Below, in pieces: positions 19,180 to 29,883 of a stretch of 64,000 nucleotides of DNA. How positions within the stretch are numbered: the stretch's first letter is position 1; each line of letters begins with the position of its first letter. This stretch comes from a virus (Duplodnaviria > Caudoviricetes). The notes under the pieces are model-generated. The model did not search any database and was not told the DNA's origin. It was given only the letters and a program-made list of their open reading frames with translations. Both the position numbers and the translations under genes were made by a program. The stretch is from IMG/VR virus record IMGVR_UViG_3300002026_000022, positions 3,057 through 67,056 of that record, one strand, 5' to 3'.

Positions 19180-19650
19180 ATGGAACCCAAAAAAACAGAA
19201 CGAAGATCATCGCCAAGCTCACAGTTAATTGCTGAACAAGAAAAGATTGAAAAATTAATTTCTGAAGAACAAGATACTAAAGTGAAGTTGCAATTGATGG
19301 TCATGAATCGAATAAATCTTTCATTAATTGCCAATACAAACACGATACACGAAATTGGGGATAGATTAGAAGAGCATTTAGTAAATTATGAGCAACGCAC
19401 TAGAGTAGAAGATGAAATATTAAATAAGGGTAAAGGTGCATGGAAAGTTGTTGCTTGGATCGTCGGAATTGTTCAAGCAATTGGTTTGGTTTTATGGAAT
19501 GATGTTAGAACGAATATGGATCAAACACATCAACATATGTTAGAAAATAATTACGCACATTCTATTTTTGAATTAAGGGTTAAGAAAATAGAAGATTTTT
19601 GTTGTCAACTTCATCCTGTCACTCCTGCTGATAACAATGTTAAAAAATGA
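19180..19650 (+). CDS. Single-TM coiled-coil membrane protein (holin/XhlA-like candidate)
   Basis: N-terminal TERR, a coiled coil, then the hydrophobic GAWKVVAWIVGIVQAIGLVLW. Confidence 0.45.
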   Translation: MEPKKTERRSSPSSQLIAEQEKIEKLISEEQDTKVKLQLMVMNRINLSLIANTNTIHEIGDRLEEHLVNYEQRTRVEDEILNKGKGAWKVVAWIVGIVQAIGLVLWNDVRTNMDQTHQHMLENNYAHSIFELRVKKIEDFCCQLHPVTPADNNVKK

Positions 19651-20144
19651 AATATGCAGAAATTCGACCACAGATCAAATCTGGTGATATTTTAGCATGG
19701 TCACACAAAACATGGGGTTCGTTTTATGACCTTCAAGTTCAGGCAATTCGTGTCTTTACTAGATCTGAGTATCATCACATTGGCATTGCTTGGGTTGTTG
19801 GTGATAGAGTATTTGTTATAGAGGCAGTTCAACCTGAAGTAAGAATATATCCACTATCAGCACAAACACCATTTTATTGGATTCCTTGCGGTGCAGCATA
19901 TTGGGATAAACCAACAGAAGAATATGCACTATCAAAGGTAGGCGAAAAGTACTCAAAATGGGAAGCAATTAAAGGGTTTTTCAATATCTTGAAAAACGGG
20001 GAAGATGCAATATGGCAATGTGCTGAGTTGGTTAATTGCACGTTGACTGAGAGCAGAATGTTGTCTGCCACAACAAAATCAACACCTGCAGCATTAATCG
20101 AATCCTTGATGAATATGGGATTTCCTGCTTATCTAGTGTTATAA
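19647..20144 (+). CDS. Permuted papain-like NlpC/P60 (YiiX/YebB-like) protein
   Basis: IKSGDIL, YHHIGIA (His), KYSKWEAI, WQCAELV (Cys after His, i.e. the permuted order). Confidence 0.75.
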   Translation: MKYAEIRPQIKSGDILAWSHKTWGSFYDLQVQAIRVFTRSEYHHIGIAWVVGDRVFVIEAVQPEVRIYPLSAQTPFYWIPCGAAYWDKPTEEYALSKVGEKYSKWEAIKGFFNILKNGEDAIWQCAELVNCTLTESRMLSATTKSTPAALIESLMNMGFPAYLVL

Positions 20145-20147
20145 ATA
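20140..20147 (+). promoter_or_regulatory. Late promoter (TATAAATA)
   Basis: Perfect consensus upstream of the 20177/20713 operon. Confidence 0.8.
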
Positions 20148-20176
20148 TTACATTACCTAACAGTGCTGGAAATATC

Positions 20177-20716
20177 ATGAATTATGAATATGCATCAAAT
20201 CCAATATGGCGCACAAGATCCTCAATTAGTTTGATCGTTAAGTTTGTGGACCATGATTCAGAAGTACCATTCATTGCACACAGTGATGATACTGATGAAT
20301 ATAATAGAGAACTATTTACGCGAGCAGCGAATGGTGAGTTTGGTCAGATCAATAATGCCCGAATAGACGTCTTTGATGGTGTATGGAAACGCATACAAGA
20401 AATCCGAGACATAAAAACCAACAATGGTGGTTGTAAAGTAGGACCATATTGGTTTCATTCTGATACACACTCAAAACTTCAGCAATTGGCATTGGTGATG
20501 GCTGGCAGTAATTTACCAAAAAACATCATGTGGAAAACAATGACGGGTGAGAAAGTTCTAATGACACCTGACTTGGCAGTTGGTATATATTTTAGTCAGA
20601 TGATGCAAGAGCAATCTATATATGATTATGCTGAACAACTAAAGGAACAGGCAGAAAATCTGGAGTTTCCTGAGACGTTGGATATTGAAAATAATTGGCC
20701 TGAGGTGTACGAATGA
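20177..20716 (+). CDS. Tail fibre assembly chaperone-like protein (DUF4376-like C-terminus)
   Basis: NPIW...EVPFIA..D...LF..A..GEFG N-module; WKRIQEIRD...WFHSD..S C-module; coupled to the giant fibre gene. Confidence 0.6.
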   Translation: MNYEYASNPIWRTRSSISLIVKFVDHDSEVPFIAHSDDTDEYNRELFTRAANGEFGQINNARIDVFDGVWKRIQEIRDIKTNNGGCKVGPYWFHSDTHSKLQQLALVMAGSNLPKNIMWKTMTGEKVLMTPDLAVGIYFSQMMQEQSIYDYAEQLKEQAENLEFPETLDIENNWPEVYE

Positions 20717-23700
20717 CTGCATATGTTGCAACAACCAATCAAAACATTGACGAAGTAGGATACAGATTTTATGCACCAATTGTATCCTCAAGAAATACAT
20801 ATTCATCAGTAAATGGATTCACATGGACTTCTTATAGCAACGTAAATGATGCTGCTGTTGCATGGACTGGATTTGCTTTTGGTGATGAATTGGCAGTGTT
20901 TATTGCTGCAAACAGAACAGTAACGGCAACAACATCACCTGAAGCAACTGGTGGTGCAGTCAATAGAACATTAGCATTACCAGCAGGTGCAGCATGGAAA
21001 GGGTGTGCATTTGGTAATCACACCTTCGTCACTATCAACACCTCAACAACATCAGCAGCATATTTCAGACCTCGTGCAAATATAGACTGGACAGTATCGA
21101 CATTACCATCTGCGGCAGCATGGAACCTGGTTGCATTCGGTAATAACACATTCGTTACTGTTGCTGCTAGTTCAACATCAAGTGCATATTCAACAGATGA
21201 TGGTGCTACATGGAGTCCAAGTACTCTCCCTGCATCATTAAACTGGTCTGACTTGAAATACTACAACGGCACATTCATTCTGATTGCCAACGGATCAAGA
21301 GACATTTACACCAGTACTGATGGACAAAGTTGGACATTGATAACTGATGCATTGCCATCAACTGCTGCATGGTCAAAAATATCATGGGCAAGTATGGGTG
21401 GAGCAAATGGTACATGGGTTGTTGTTCCTGGGTCAGGTGATGCGTCTGCATATTCAACAGACAATGGGGCAACTTGGACTTCTACCACACTACCTGCGTC
21501 TGCTAACTGGCTCGTCGGTGGTGGCAAAGCACCTTGGGATGGTCGCCAAATGTTTGTGGCATTGACTGTTTCATCAACAAACGCCGCGTTCTCAACGGAT
21601 GGTATTAACTGGACACCATCTGTTATTACATCAGGCGTATATCTTGGTGTGTTTTGGATTGAACCAAAGATAATGACTGGTGACACAGTTCAAATCAACA
21701 ACGGTGCAATACTAACAGTCAATACAGATCAAGTAAAAGCAGTCTCTGGTGCAACAGCATGTGTAATTACAAATGGTAAATTACGCATCGAGAATACCAG
21801 CACAAGCACACCCATTCGATTCGTAACAAATAAAGTCACAACAGCAGCAGCACTAAACACAATCAATGCTGCATCTGGATTGTCTGTTGTTGAAGTTGCT
21901 GGCGACTATATTCAAATCGGTACATCTACTGGCGCATCTGGACAGACATTCACATCACCTTATGTTTATGGTGATTACATTCCAACTCTGGAAGTAGAAA
22001 CAGGTAATGGTACTGGTGTATATGAACCATGGGTCAATGTGACAGGTGCATCTGATTTCCAAACATTCAAATACATTCGTAATGGATTCAAGTCAGTTTC
22101 AAATGGCGATGCTGGCACTTGTTTCACGCAAGATTTCAATCAGTCTGCAGTTCAATATTTGAATCTAGCAAATTGTAAGTCGGTTCCAAACACTAACGTG
22201 ATCAAATGCGATTCAACTGCTGGATTAGTGCCAGGAACATGGATCACAGGTCGTGGTTTAGCAGCATTGACGTTTGTTCAAGAGATTATCAGTTCAACAA
22301 TTTTCACTACTAACCAAACAGTAAGTGCTGCCAACACATTCGCAAATATCCCCATGATTGGAATATTACCAATCTGTTCGCAATATACAACAACACTAAG
22401 ATTTGGTGATGGTACAAACGGTGCGATTCCTCCTAATGGTGCAAGGATTCGTGTTCAGAACATTCTATTGACTGACATATCAACACCAAACTTTCAAATA
22501 TCAAACTATGGTTCAACAAACGCTGGATGTTATTTCTATTCACCATTCGGTGGTGTATTCTCATTTGATAAGTGTTTGTTCGGTGAATCATATAGTAACT
22601 ATACACAAGCAGCAGCATTGACAATAACTAATTGTGGTGGTGCATATGTACCTTACGCAGCAGAATGTTATCAGGTAGTATTGAATAATGTTGCGTTTGG
22701 ATTACGACCATCTAACATGTGTTTAGCAGCAGCACCCACGGCACTTGCTGCTGGATCAGTTTCAGGCACAACTCTCACAACACCAGCAACCAATGCGTTG
22801 ATTCCTGGTGTATTGATTACAGGTACTGCAGGATTACATGCATGTGTAATTTCGTCAATTACAAACAACACTACTGCAACAATATCAGTTGCTGCTCACA
22901 CAAACGGTGCTACAACAATTTCATATTATGGTGTTTGGGTAATGCGCGAACACAGAATGAACGTGTCTAATAATCAAGCCTCTGGATCGACATTTTCATC
23001 TATAGCTTGGCCATACATTTCAAATGCATCATTCACAAATATTGTTCTGACCCATGGCGGTCATTTAATAACTGGATCAAACACAAACCCTGCTCTAGGT
23101 ACTGGTACTGGTGGTGCATTTAGTACATCATACTCAAACAATGTAACAGTCAATGGGTTGAAAGTGATTGCTGTTGGTAGTTATCCAAGAACTAGACCAT
23201 ATGCTAATGCAATTTCTACATCAGTGTCTGGATTGAATCAGACATATAGCAACATCAAAATATATAACATGTCAGACGTTTTGACTGCATCTGCTGTCAA
23301 TGGTATTACTGTTTCAAATATTACACATAAGATTGGTCTCAATAATGAAGGATACGGTTGGATTTCTGGTTATCGCGCATTCACCGATCCTGAAAACGCT
23401 ACATTCTTGGCAAATGATACAAAGTATTGGTTCAAGACAAGATCATATCGTTCGCATAATTTTGCTGATACAACCAATTATATTGACGGTATGAAAATGT
23501 GTGCTGTTATGTCAGCACCAGAAAAATATAAATTGATGCCACAGAGAATGGGTGCATTGCCTGCATGGTCAACAACCATTGCACCTACTATGGCATATGG
23601 TAATGGAGTTTGGGTTATTCTTGATGGTGCAGTTTCAGGATCGTCTTGTATAGTGTCAGAGGATGATGGTGCAACATGGACAACATACATGATGCCGCAA

Positions 23701-26700
23701 TCTGCTGGCACAACACAATGGCGGAATGTTATCTGGTGTCCAACACAAAACTATTTCATGGCAATTCAGGGTGGTGGTGTTGCATCAACGATAGTTGCAT
23801 ATTCAACCAATGGCAAAGATTGGTCAACAGTAACAACTGCTCCCGCTTCCGCAACATGGCAATCTCTTGCATTTGATAACTCACAAGCAACAAACAAATG
23901 GGTCGGCGTTGCTGGTGGTGGTGTTGCATCAACAGCAGGAACTAGAGCAACTATCACAAACGGTTCGATTGTATTTGCAGCAACAACATTGGCATCTGCA
24001 CAATGGATTGATGTTGCCTCTAGTGGTGCTGGTAGATATGTTGCAATTGCTGGTGGTTCAGCAGTTGGTACAGCAACATCATGGTCAAATGACGGTGCAA
24101 CATGGACTGCTGGTGGTGCACATGCATCAAGTTTATGGCAATCTGTCGCATATGGTAATGGCACATTTTGTGCAATATCTTCATCATCAACAACTGGTCC
24201 TACAGCATGTTCAGCAGACGGTGTGGCATGGACTGCAGGTACTGCGCCAACATTACCTGCTGGCATGGTATATAACAAGGTCATATACACTGGTACTGCA
24301 TTCGTATTATTAGCAGGAACACCACCACTCAATACTGCAAACCCAATGGTGAGTGCTGCTGTTGCATTGAATGCAAGTCAGTGCTACGTAGTATCAACAT
24401 CAAATACTGCTACATCTGTAACATGGGGATCAATCAAATATCTACCAGATTACACCCATTGGATTAGTATGACCAACAATGGTAATGCTGTTGGTGTAAT
24501 CTCTACACAGACTGGCAAGTTTGCATACACTGCTGATATTACTGCAGGCACACCAACATGGACATTGACTGAAAGTGTCTATCCAGTGTGGAACAGAATC
24601 TCATTGTTGGATCAGGCAACATCATACACAACTGCAGGTGCAACTATTGCCTCTGTTGCAACGACTGCAGGAAGCACAACAGTTACATGCACATCAACTG
24701 CAACATTATATGTCGGTGCGGTCATCACTCTTAACCAAGGTAACTGTAATGCAGCAGGAGCAGTATATTTTGGAACACCAGCAGTTGGTTCTAACGTAGC
24801 TGCGGTCATAGTTACAAGCATAACCAATGCTACAACATTTGTTATCAATAAACCAGCAATGAAAGACACTACTGGTGGAACATTGACAATCTACAAACAT
24901 GCATATCAAATATTCAGATCAACAACCGAAGGTTTCACTGCAAGAGACGAAACCACGCTATTGGGAACTACCTTAGGCACTGGTAGTACTGGTGCACTAA
25001 TTGACGATACGTTTGGTGTTGTAAAAGATACTCCATATCATTATCGAGTGAGAAAATTATCTGGCAGTCAAACTGTTGCAAACTGCTCTGGTACTGCATC
25101 AGCATCAACTATAACTACAACATTTACAAATATTCCAAACCCAACTACCGGTTTCTATTACTGGAACTATTCGTATGACATTGAAGGTAAGAATGGTACT
25201 GACATTATTTCATCACTGTCTTTCAACTTTTATGCTGTTGGTGTTATTCCAGGATCAATCGTTACAGGCGCGGGTATTCCAGTAGGAACAACTGTTGCAG
25301 AAGTAATCGACTTTGATACTGTTCGTCTCTCTGCAAACCTAACTGCTGATGTAGTTAATAGAGGCACAAATAGAACATATGTTGGTTTCAGTCCAGCACC
25401 AGATATGTATGTGTATGGTTCTAACGTCGGTATGGATTGTCAGGTTGTTTCTGTTGATAGTAACACTTCAATGACAGTTTCTGTTGCCAATACAAATACA
25501 TTTTCAAACCAAACATTGAGATTTGTTGTTGGGTTTGAATTACCAGAAATTACTTGTATTCCACAAGCACCTGTGATGTATATGAATAATGCATTACAAT
25601 CACAAGCAATAGCAACAACCCCATGGACTGCATCTGGTGTTACAGTGACAAACGCATCTGGACAACTTGCACCATATGATAACTTCCTTGGACTTAACGG
25701 TAATGCTACAGCAAGTGCTGTAGCAATGGTGGCAACTGCAAACAATGGCACAGTTACTCAAACTGTTCAAACTGGTGTTGGCACAAGTCATACATTTGCA
25801 ATCTATGCTCGTGCAAACATTCCTAACAACACTTCATACATTACGATGAAGATGGATTTAGGCACAACATCTGAAACCAAAACATTGACAAACCAATGGA
25901 CAAGATACTCAGTAACGTTTACCACAACTGCGGCAACAACAAACGCAGTAATTACAATACCTGCAATGGGATCAAACATTCAAGTTGCACATGCTACTGT
26001 CACACGCACAAGCGGAATACCAACAACGATTGCTGGTAACGCACTTGCTGCTACAACCACATATCCAATTTACTTATTCCCACAGCAGTTATTGAACCCA
26101 TCAAACGGATTATACGGATGGAATATTGATGGTGGTGGAGGTATTGAAACAAACTTACTAGCAGTACCAACATCACAACTTTGGGCGCATTTGCATCTTG
26201 GTGCAAGTTCATCATTTACACCAACAGACCAAAACCAATTGTTTAGCACTATGACTCCTGGTGCAGGTGATCCTATAATTTCTGTTGGCACTTCTGCTGC
26301 AAACGTGACAGTTTCAAATTATCAACCATACAATACAAAACAAATTCATCATGGGATGTTGGTATTAGGAACGACTGGTGCTACTAACGTAAACGTAAAA
26401 GATTCGACCTACACTATAAACGGATCTGCTGGATATATTTGCACATCATCACCAGCATACAACATGTATCTCCATAATATTGATGTCATAAACATTCGCC
26501 CATATATTACTGCGTTTTATTTAGATACTGTTAATACAACAAACGCATCTGTAGGTGTAAAATATCAAAACATTCGTTCAAATCGTCAGTCACGAAGTGC
26601 ATGGTATTCACAATCATTAGACACTCAAATGCGTGGAGTATTTGGTGCTAATCCTTATCCTATATATAACGCAAACACGTGGAACTTAAGTACAGAACCA

Positions 26701-28203
26701 ACATATAGTGGTTTGCAGATAACAAGTCAAGCAGTATATGACTCTATGTTCCATGAGTTCACGTATGGAACACAGAACAAAGGTTGCTTAGACGTAAGAC
26801 TAATAGCATCATCCAAGGCATCTAAACCATACACAATTACATCTGGTGTTCCATATTTTACCAATGACGGAAACCTCGCTTTGACAAACGCTGGAGAACA
26901 AGTTGTAATTGAATGGACTCATTTCATCAAAGGATTGACTGGATTTACCAAGAGATTACCGCATATCTACTCAACAGATTTAGGGTTGAACCTAACAACG
27001 TCATTGTGTGCATTGATTGAATATGATCTGGATAAAGGTTCTGGTTACAGTGGCACATGGAAGCAGTTAAATGGGTTTGATGGTATGAATAATCTTGCTG
27101 CTGAAACTGGTATTTCTCCATCAATAGGAGTTAAACCAAAATTCAGAATCACAGCAAGATACGGTCTAAAGTATGCAGCCAAAGTTGGTCAATTTGTTCC
27201 TGGTTGGACTATTCAAAACGCAATTACCTCACCAACAGCAACAGCAGTGGTAGTGGCAGACGAAATTGTCACAGGTGTTACGGGAACATTGATTGCAACA
27301 GACATTACTGGTGAATGGTTGCCTACAAATACCATCTATTCTGGAACAATGAATTCCACAGCAACTGCAACAACCAATGCTACTGCAACAACTACAGGTT
27401 CGAACATTACTGGCACAACCTTCACTGTTGGTACTCAGACAGGTGGTACTGTTGCTGAAGGCATGAAATTGACAGGCACAGGTGTTACTGCTGGCACATA
27501 CATCATCAGCAACATTAGTGGTTCTGGTAGTGGTAGTACATGGTTAGTAAACATTTCACATGCGGGTACAGGATCACAATCAATCACTGGAACAAATAAC
27601 CTTATCACATTAGCATCAAATGCAAACTTCTTTGTTGGATGTGGTGTTGTCTTGATTGGTGCTACATTCGGTGGTATCACATCTGGAACAATATATTATG
27701 TTTCAGAGGTGATTGGTAGTACACAAATTGCAGTTGCTACAAACTATAACAACTCATTGGTTGCAACGAACGTAGCACTGACAAATTCGTCAGGTTCTGT
27801 TCCTATTGCAGGCAGGCATTCAACAATCACTGCAGTTAATACAGCATTCGTGTTTGCTCCACAACCAACCAGTCGTTTGAACTCATTCAGATTATTCACA
27901 GAAGTTGATACTAGCACAGATTACAACTATGCATATTCAACTGCATCATTAACATTGACTGGTTTGAAAACTAATACTGAGGTTCGTGTGTATAGAACAT
28001 CAGACTTGTTTGAATTGGGTGGTACTGAGAATTCTGGTACGACATATACATTGAATTATGACTACTATGCAGATACAGAAGTTTATATTGTGATTCACTC
28101 ATTAGATTATATTCCAATCAGATTGGAAGGCATCACATTAGGGGCAAGCAATCAATCTATACCAGTTCAACAACAAAGAGACAGACAGTATCTCAATCCA
28201 TAA
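20713..28203 (+). CDS. Giant fibre/adhesin (2496 aa) with Asp-box (BNR) repeats and beta-rich domains
   Basis: Repeated S-x-D-x-G-x-T-W boxes (STDDGATWS, STDNGATWT, SEDDGATWT, SNDGATWT); very T/S/A/G-rich; Ig-like C-terminus LTLTGLKTNTEVRVY. Confidence 0.8.
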   Translation: MTAYVATTNQNIDEVGYRFYAPIVSSRNTYSSVNGFTWTSYSNVNDAAVAWTGFAFGDELAVFIAANRTVTATTSPEATGGAVNRTLALPAGAAWKGCAFGNHTFVTINTSTTSAAYFRPRANIDWTVSTLPSAAAWNLVAFGNNTFVTVAASSTSSAYSTDDGATWSPSTLPASLNWSDLKYYNGTFILIANGSRDIYTSTDGQSWTLITDALPSTAAWSKISWASMGGANGTWVVVPGSGDASAYSTDNGATWTSTTLPASANWLVGGGKAPWDGRQMFVALTVSSTNAAFSTDGINWTPSVITSGVYLGVFWIEPKIMTGDTVQINNGAILTVNTDQVKAVSGATACVITNGKLRIENTSTSTPIRFVTNKVTTAAALNTINAASGLSVVEVAGDYIQIGTSTGASGQTFTSPYVYGDYIPTLEVETGNGTGVYEPWVNVTGASDFQTFKYIRNGFKSVSNGDAGTCFTQDFNQSAVQYLNLANCKSVPNTNVIKCDSTAGLVPGTWITGRGLAALTFVQEIISSTIFTTNQTVSAANTFANIPMIGILPICSQYTTTLRFGDGTNGAIPPNGARIRVQNILLTDISTPNFQISNYGSTNAGCYFYSPFGGVFSFDKCLFGESYSNYTQAAALTITNCGGAYVPYAAECYQVVLNNVAFGLRPSNMCLAAAPTALAAGSVSGTTLTTPATNALIPGVLITGTAGLHACVISSITNNTTATISVAAHTNGATTISYYGVWVMREHRMNVSNNQASGSTFSSIAWPYISNASFTNIVLTHGGHLITGSNTNPALGTGTGGAFSTSYSNNVTVNGLKVIAVGSYPRTRPYANAISTSVSGLNQTYSNIKIYNMSDVLTASAVNGITVSNITHKIGLNNEGYGWISGYRAFTDPENATFLANDTKYWFKTRSYRSHNFADTTNYIDGMKMCAVMSAPEKYKLMPQRMGALPAWSTTIAPTMAYGNGVWVILDGAVSGSSCIVSEDDGATWTTYMMPQSAGTTQWRNVIWCPTQNYFMAIQGGGVASTIVAYSTNGKDWSTVTTAPASATWQSLAFDNSQATNKWVGVAGGGVASTAGTRATITNGSIVFAATTLASAQWIDVASSGAGRYVAIAGGSAVGTATSWSNDGATWTAGGAHASSLWQSVAYGNGTFCAISSSSTTGPTACSADGVAWTAGTAPTLPAGMVYNKVIYTGTAFVLLAGTPPLNTANPMVSAAVALNASQCYVVSTSNTATSVTWGSIKYLPDYTHWISMTNNGNAVGVISTQTGKFAYTADITAGTPTWTLTESVYPVWNRISLLDQATSYTTAGATIASVATTAGSTTVTCTSTATLYVGAVITLNQGNCNAAGAVYFGTPAVGSNVAAVIVTSITNATTFVINKPAMKDTTGGTLTIYKHAYQIFRSTTEGFTARDETTLLGTTLGTGSTGALIDDTFGVVKDTPYHYRVRKLSGSQTVANCSGTASASTITTTFTNIPNPTTGFYYWNYSYDIEGKNGTDIISSLSFNFYAVGVIPGSIVTGAGIPVGTTVAEVIDFDTVRLSANLTADVVNRGTNRTYVGFSPAPDMYVYGSNVGMDCQVVSVDSNTSMTVSVANTNTFSNQTLRFVVGFELPEITCIPQAPVMYMNNALQSQAIATTPWTASGVTVTNASGQLAPYDNFLGLNGNATASAVAMVATANNGTVTQTVQTGVGTSHTFAIYARANIPNNTSYITMKMDLGTTSETKTLTNQWTRYSVTFTTTAATTNAVITIPAMGSNIQVAHATVTRTSGIPTTIAGNALAATTTYPIYLFPQQLLNPSNGLYGWNIDGGGGIETNLLAVPTSQLWAHLHLGASSSFTPTDQNQLFSTMTPGAGDPIISVGTSAANVTVSNYQPYNTKQIHHGMLVLGTTGATNVNVKDSTYTINGSAGYICTSSPAYNMYLHNIDVINIRPYITAFYLDTVNTTNASVGVKYQNIRSNRQSRSAWYSQSLDTQMRGVFGANPYPIYNANTWNLSTEPTYSGLQITSQAVYDSMFHEFTYGTQNKGCLDVRLIASSKASKPYTITSGVPYFTNDGNLALTNAGEQVVIEWTHFIKGLTGFTKRLPHIYSTDLGLNLTTSLCALIEYDLDKGSGYSGTWKQLNGFDGMNNLAAETGISPSIGVKPKFRITARYGLKYAAKVGQFVPGWTIQNAITSPTATAVVVADEIVTGVTGTLIATDITGEWLPTNTIYSGTMNSTATATTNATATTTGSNITGTTFTVGTQTGGTVAEGMKLTGTGVTAGTYIISNISGSGSGSTWLVNISHAGTGSQSITGTNNLITLASNANFFVGCGVVLIGATFGGITSGTIYYVSEVIGSTQIAVATNYNNSLVATNVALTNSSGSVPIAGRHSTITAVNTAFVFAPQPTSRLNSFRLFTEVDTSTDYNYAYSTASLTLTGLKTNTEVRVYRTSDLFELGGTENSGTTYTLNYDYYADTEVYIVIHSLDYIPIRLEGITLGASNQSIPVQQQRDRQYLNP

Positions 28204-28206
28204 ATA
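28199..28206 (+). promoter_or_regulatory. Late promoter (CATAAATA)
   Basis: Overlaps the fibre stop; upstream of RBS AAGGAG and ORF 28234. Confidence 0.7.
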
Positions 28207-28233
28207 TAACAATCATTAAAAAGGAGCACCATT

Positions 28234-29880
28234 ATGGCAGTATATAACTCAGCACCAATCACAGATCCCGATGATCTAACTTATGTAGCAGGGACAGATT
28301 TGGCGACACTGTTTGCTGCCAGTACTGTCAATGAACTTATCATTGATTACACCAATAAGAGAATTGCATTAAAAGCAGTAGGTGCAATGAATCAGGATGG
28401 GGCGACTATCAAATGCGTGTATTCAAAGTTGAAAGAAGTTTGGCGTACAGATGTAACATTGGTTAAATTTCCATTCCCAATGGGCCCAATTACTGACGAA
28501 CAATTTGAAATGGTTAATGGTTGGAACTGGGATAAGACAGAGACCTCTGGTGCTGGTTCAGCAACGACAGTTGAATTGCTAAGAACAGGTGGTTGGTCAG
28601 TCGTTAATACTTCTGGTGCTGTTACTGAAAAATGGGCAGGCATCATCACCTTGGGTGCATTTGCTGATAACACCAACCAGTCATATTTTCAACAAACCGC
28701 AGGTGGATCACCAACGAATTTCAAATTGACAAACAACGTCAATCAGGCAGTTCAAATTTATTATGATCCTAATGGCGATGGAAGCACGGTTGATGGGTTT
28801 GATTACAGTACTTATTTCAAAATCTTCTTGCGTGAATATCAAAGAACATATGCACAGTCTGCTAACACAGAAATTGGTGCTGCAACGATGACATATCAAG
28901 CATATCGTTTCCCATTATCAAACGCAGTTGACTTAAAGATCACACATGACGATACAGATGTTTCAACTTTAACTCCATACACTGAAGTCAATATCACATA
29001 CCTTCGTCATTCAGACGATACTCTCTATAATGTTCGTGGCGATTGGGTTACAGGAACAGTATATGCCGTTGCTGATGTTGTTAAGGGTACAAATAATCGT
29101 TGGTACAAGTGTATTCTTGGTCATACTTCTGATGCATCCACACAACCAATTACTGGTGGTTCATATGCAACAAATTGGTCAGCATATGAAGGTGAAAGAT
29201 TAGTTGGTTCAACATACTTCCCATTTACTGTTGTTATTGATGCAGACACTGATGTTGGTGCTACTGCATCAGGTGATGCTGTTCGTGCCCAAGTGTATGA
29301 AAAGATTCAGTATCAACTACGCCAAGCAACAGACATTGATGCTGACGCAAGTGCATCTGTTATTGGTAAAACAGCAGACCTTCTTTTACGATTCGTGGGT
29401 GACACGTTGGTTACATACAATGGTGTGTATATCGACTCATTCAATTCTGCTGACACAAACGACATTGAGTTCTATGATGCAGTTGGTACAAAAGTAACAC
29501 ACCCATATGTTGCTACAGTGACATTGAACTTCGGTGACAACTTGAAGAATGATGCAAGTGCAAAATACTGGTTGTTCTACACCACATTAACTGGTGCAGG
29601 CAATGACTATGGTGAGGATGGTGCTAAATTAGTTAAGAACAAAGACGGTACAGATATCACAGATGATATTGATGCAGCATCATCAGTAACATGGACATTT
29701 GATTACGATAATGAGACTGCAGGTGGTGATAGAACAGCAGGAACAAATGCTGGTGTGACTGCTGTTGCATTAGGTCTTTCTACTGGTCAATATGTTAAGG
29801 CAACAGGAACCATTGCTAAATCGAAAGCAAACTCAGTGTCTCTCGTTGCACCTCTTGAAAGAAATTATCAAAATATTTAA
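28234..29880 (+). CDS. Virion structural protein with internal CBM5/12-like module
   Basis: Late gene; ITDPDDL and FPFPMGPITDEQFE motifs; internal W.TG..Y...D.V...WYKC..GHTS...W. Confidence 0.6.
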   Translation: MAVYNSAPITDPDDLTYVAGTDLATLFAASTVNELIIDYTNKRIALKAVGAMNQDGATIKCVYSKLKEVWRTDVTLVKFPFPMGPITDEQFEMVNGWNWDKTETSGAGSATTVELLRTGGWSVVNTSGAVTEKWAGIITLGAFADNTNQSYFQQTAGGSPTNFKLTNNVNQAVQIYYDPNGDGSTVDGFDYSTYFKIFLREYQRTYAQSANTEIGAATMTYQAYRFPLSNAVDLKITHDDTDVSTLTPYTEVNITYLRHSDDTLYNVRGDWVTGTVYAVADVVKGTNNRWYKCILGHTSDASTQPITGGSYATNWSAYEGERLVGSTYFPFTVVIDADTDVGATASGDAVRAQVYEKIQYQLRQATDIDADASASVIGKTADLLLRFVGDTLVTYNGVYIDSFNSADTNDIEFYDAVGTKVTHPYVATVTLNFGDNLKNDASAKYWLFYTTLTGAGNDYGEDGAKLVKNKDGTDITDDIDAASSVTWTFDYDNETAGGDRTAGTNAGVTAVALGLSTGQYVKATGTIAKSKANSVSLVAPLERNYQNI

Positions 29881-29883
29881 TAA

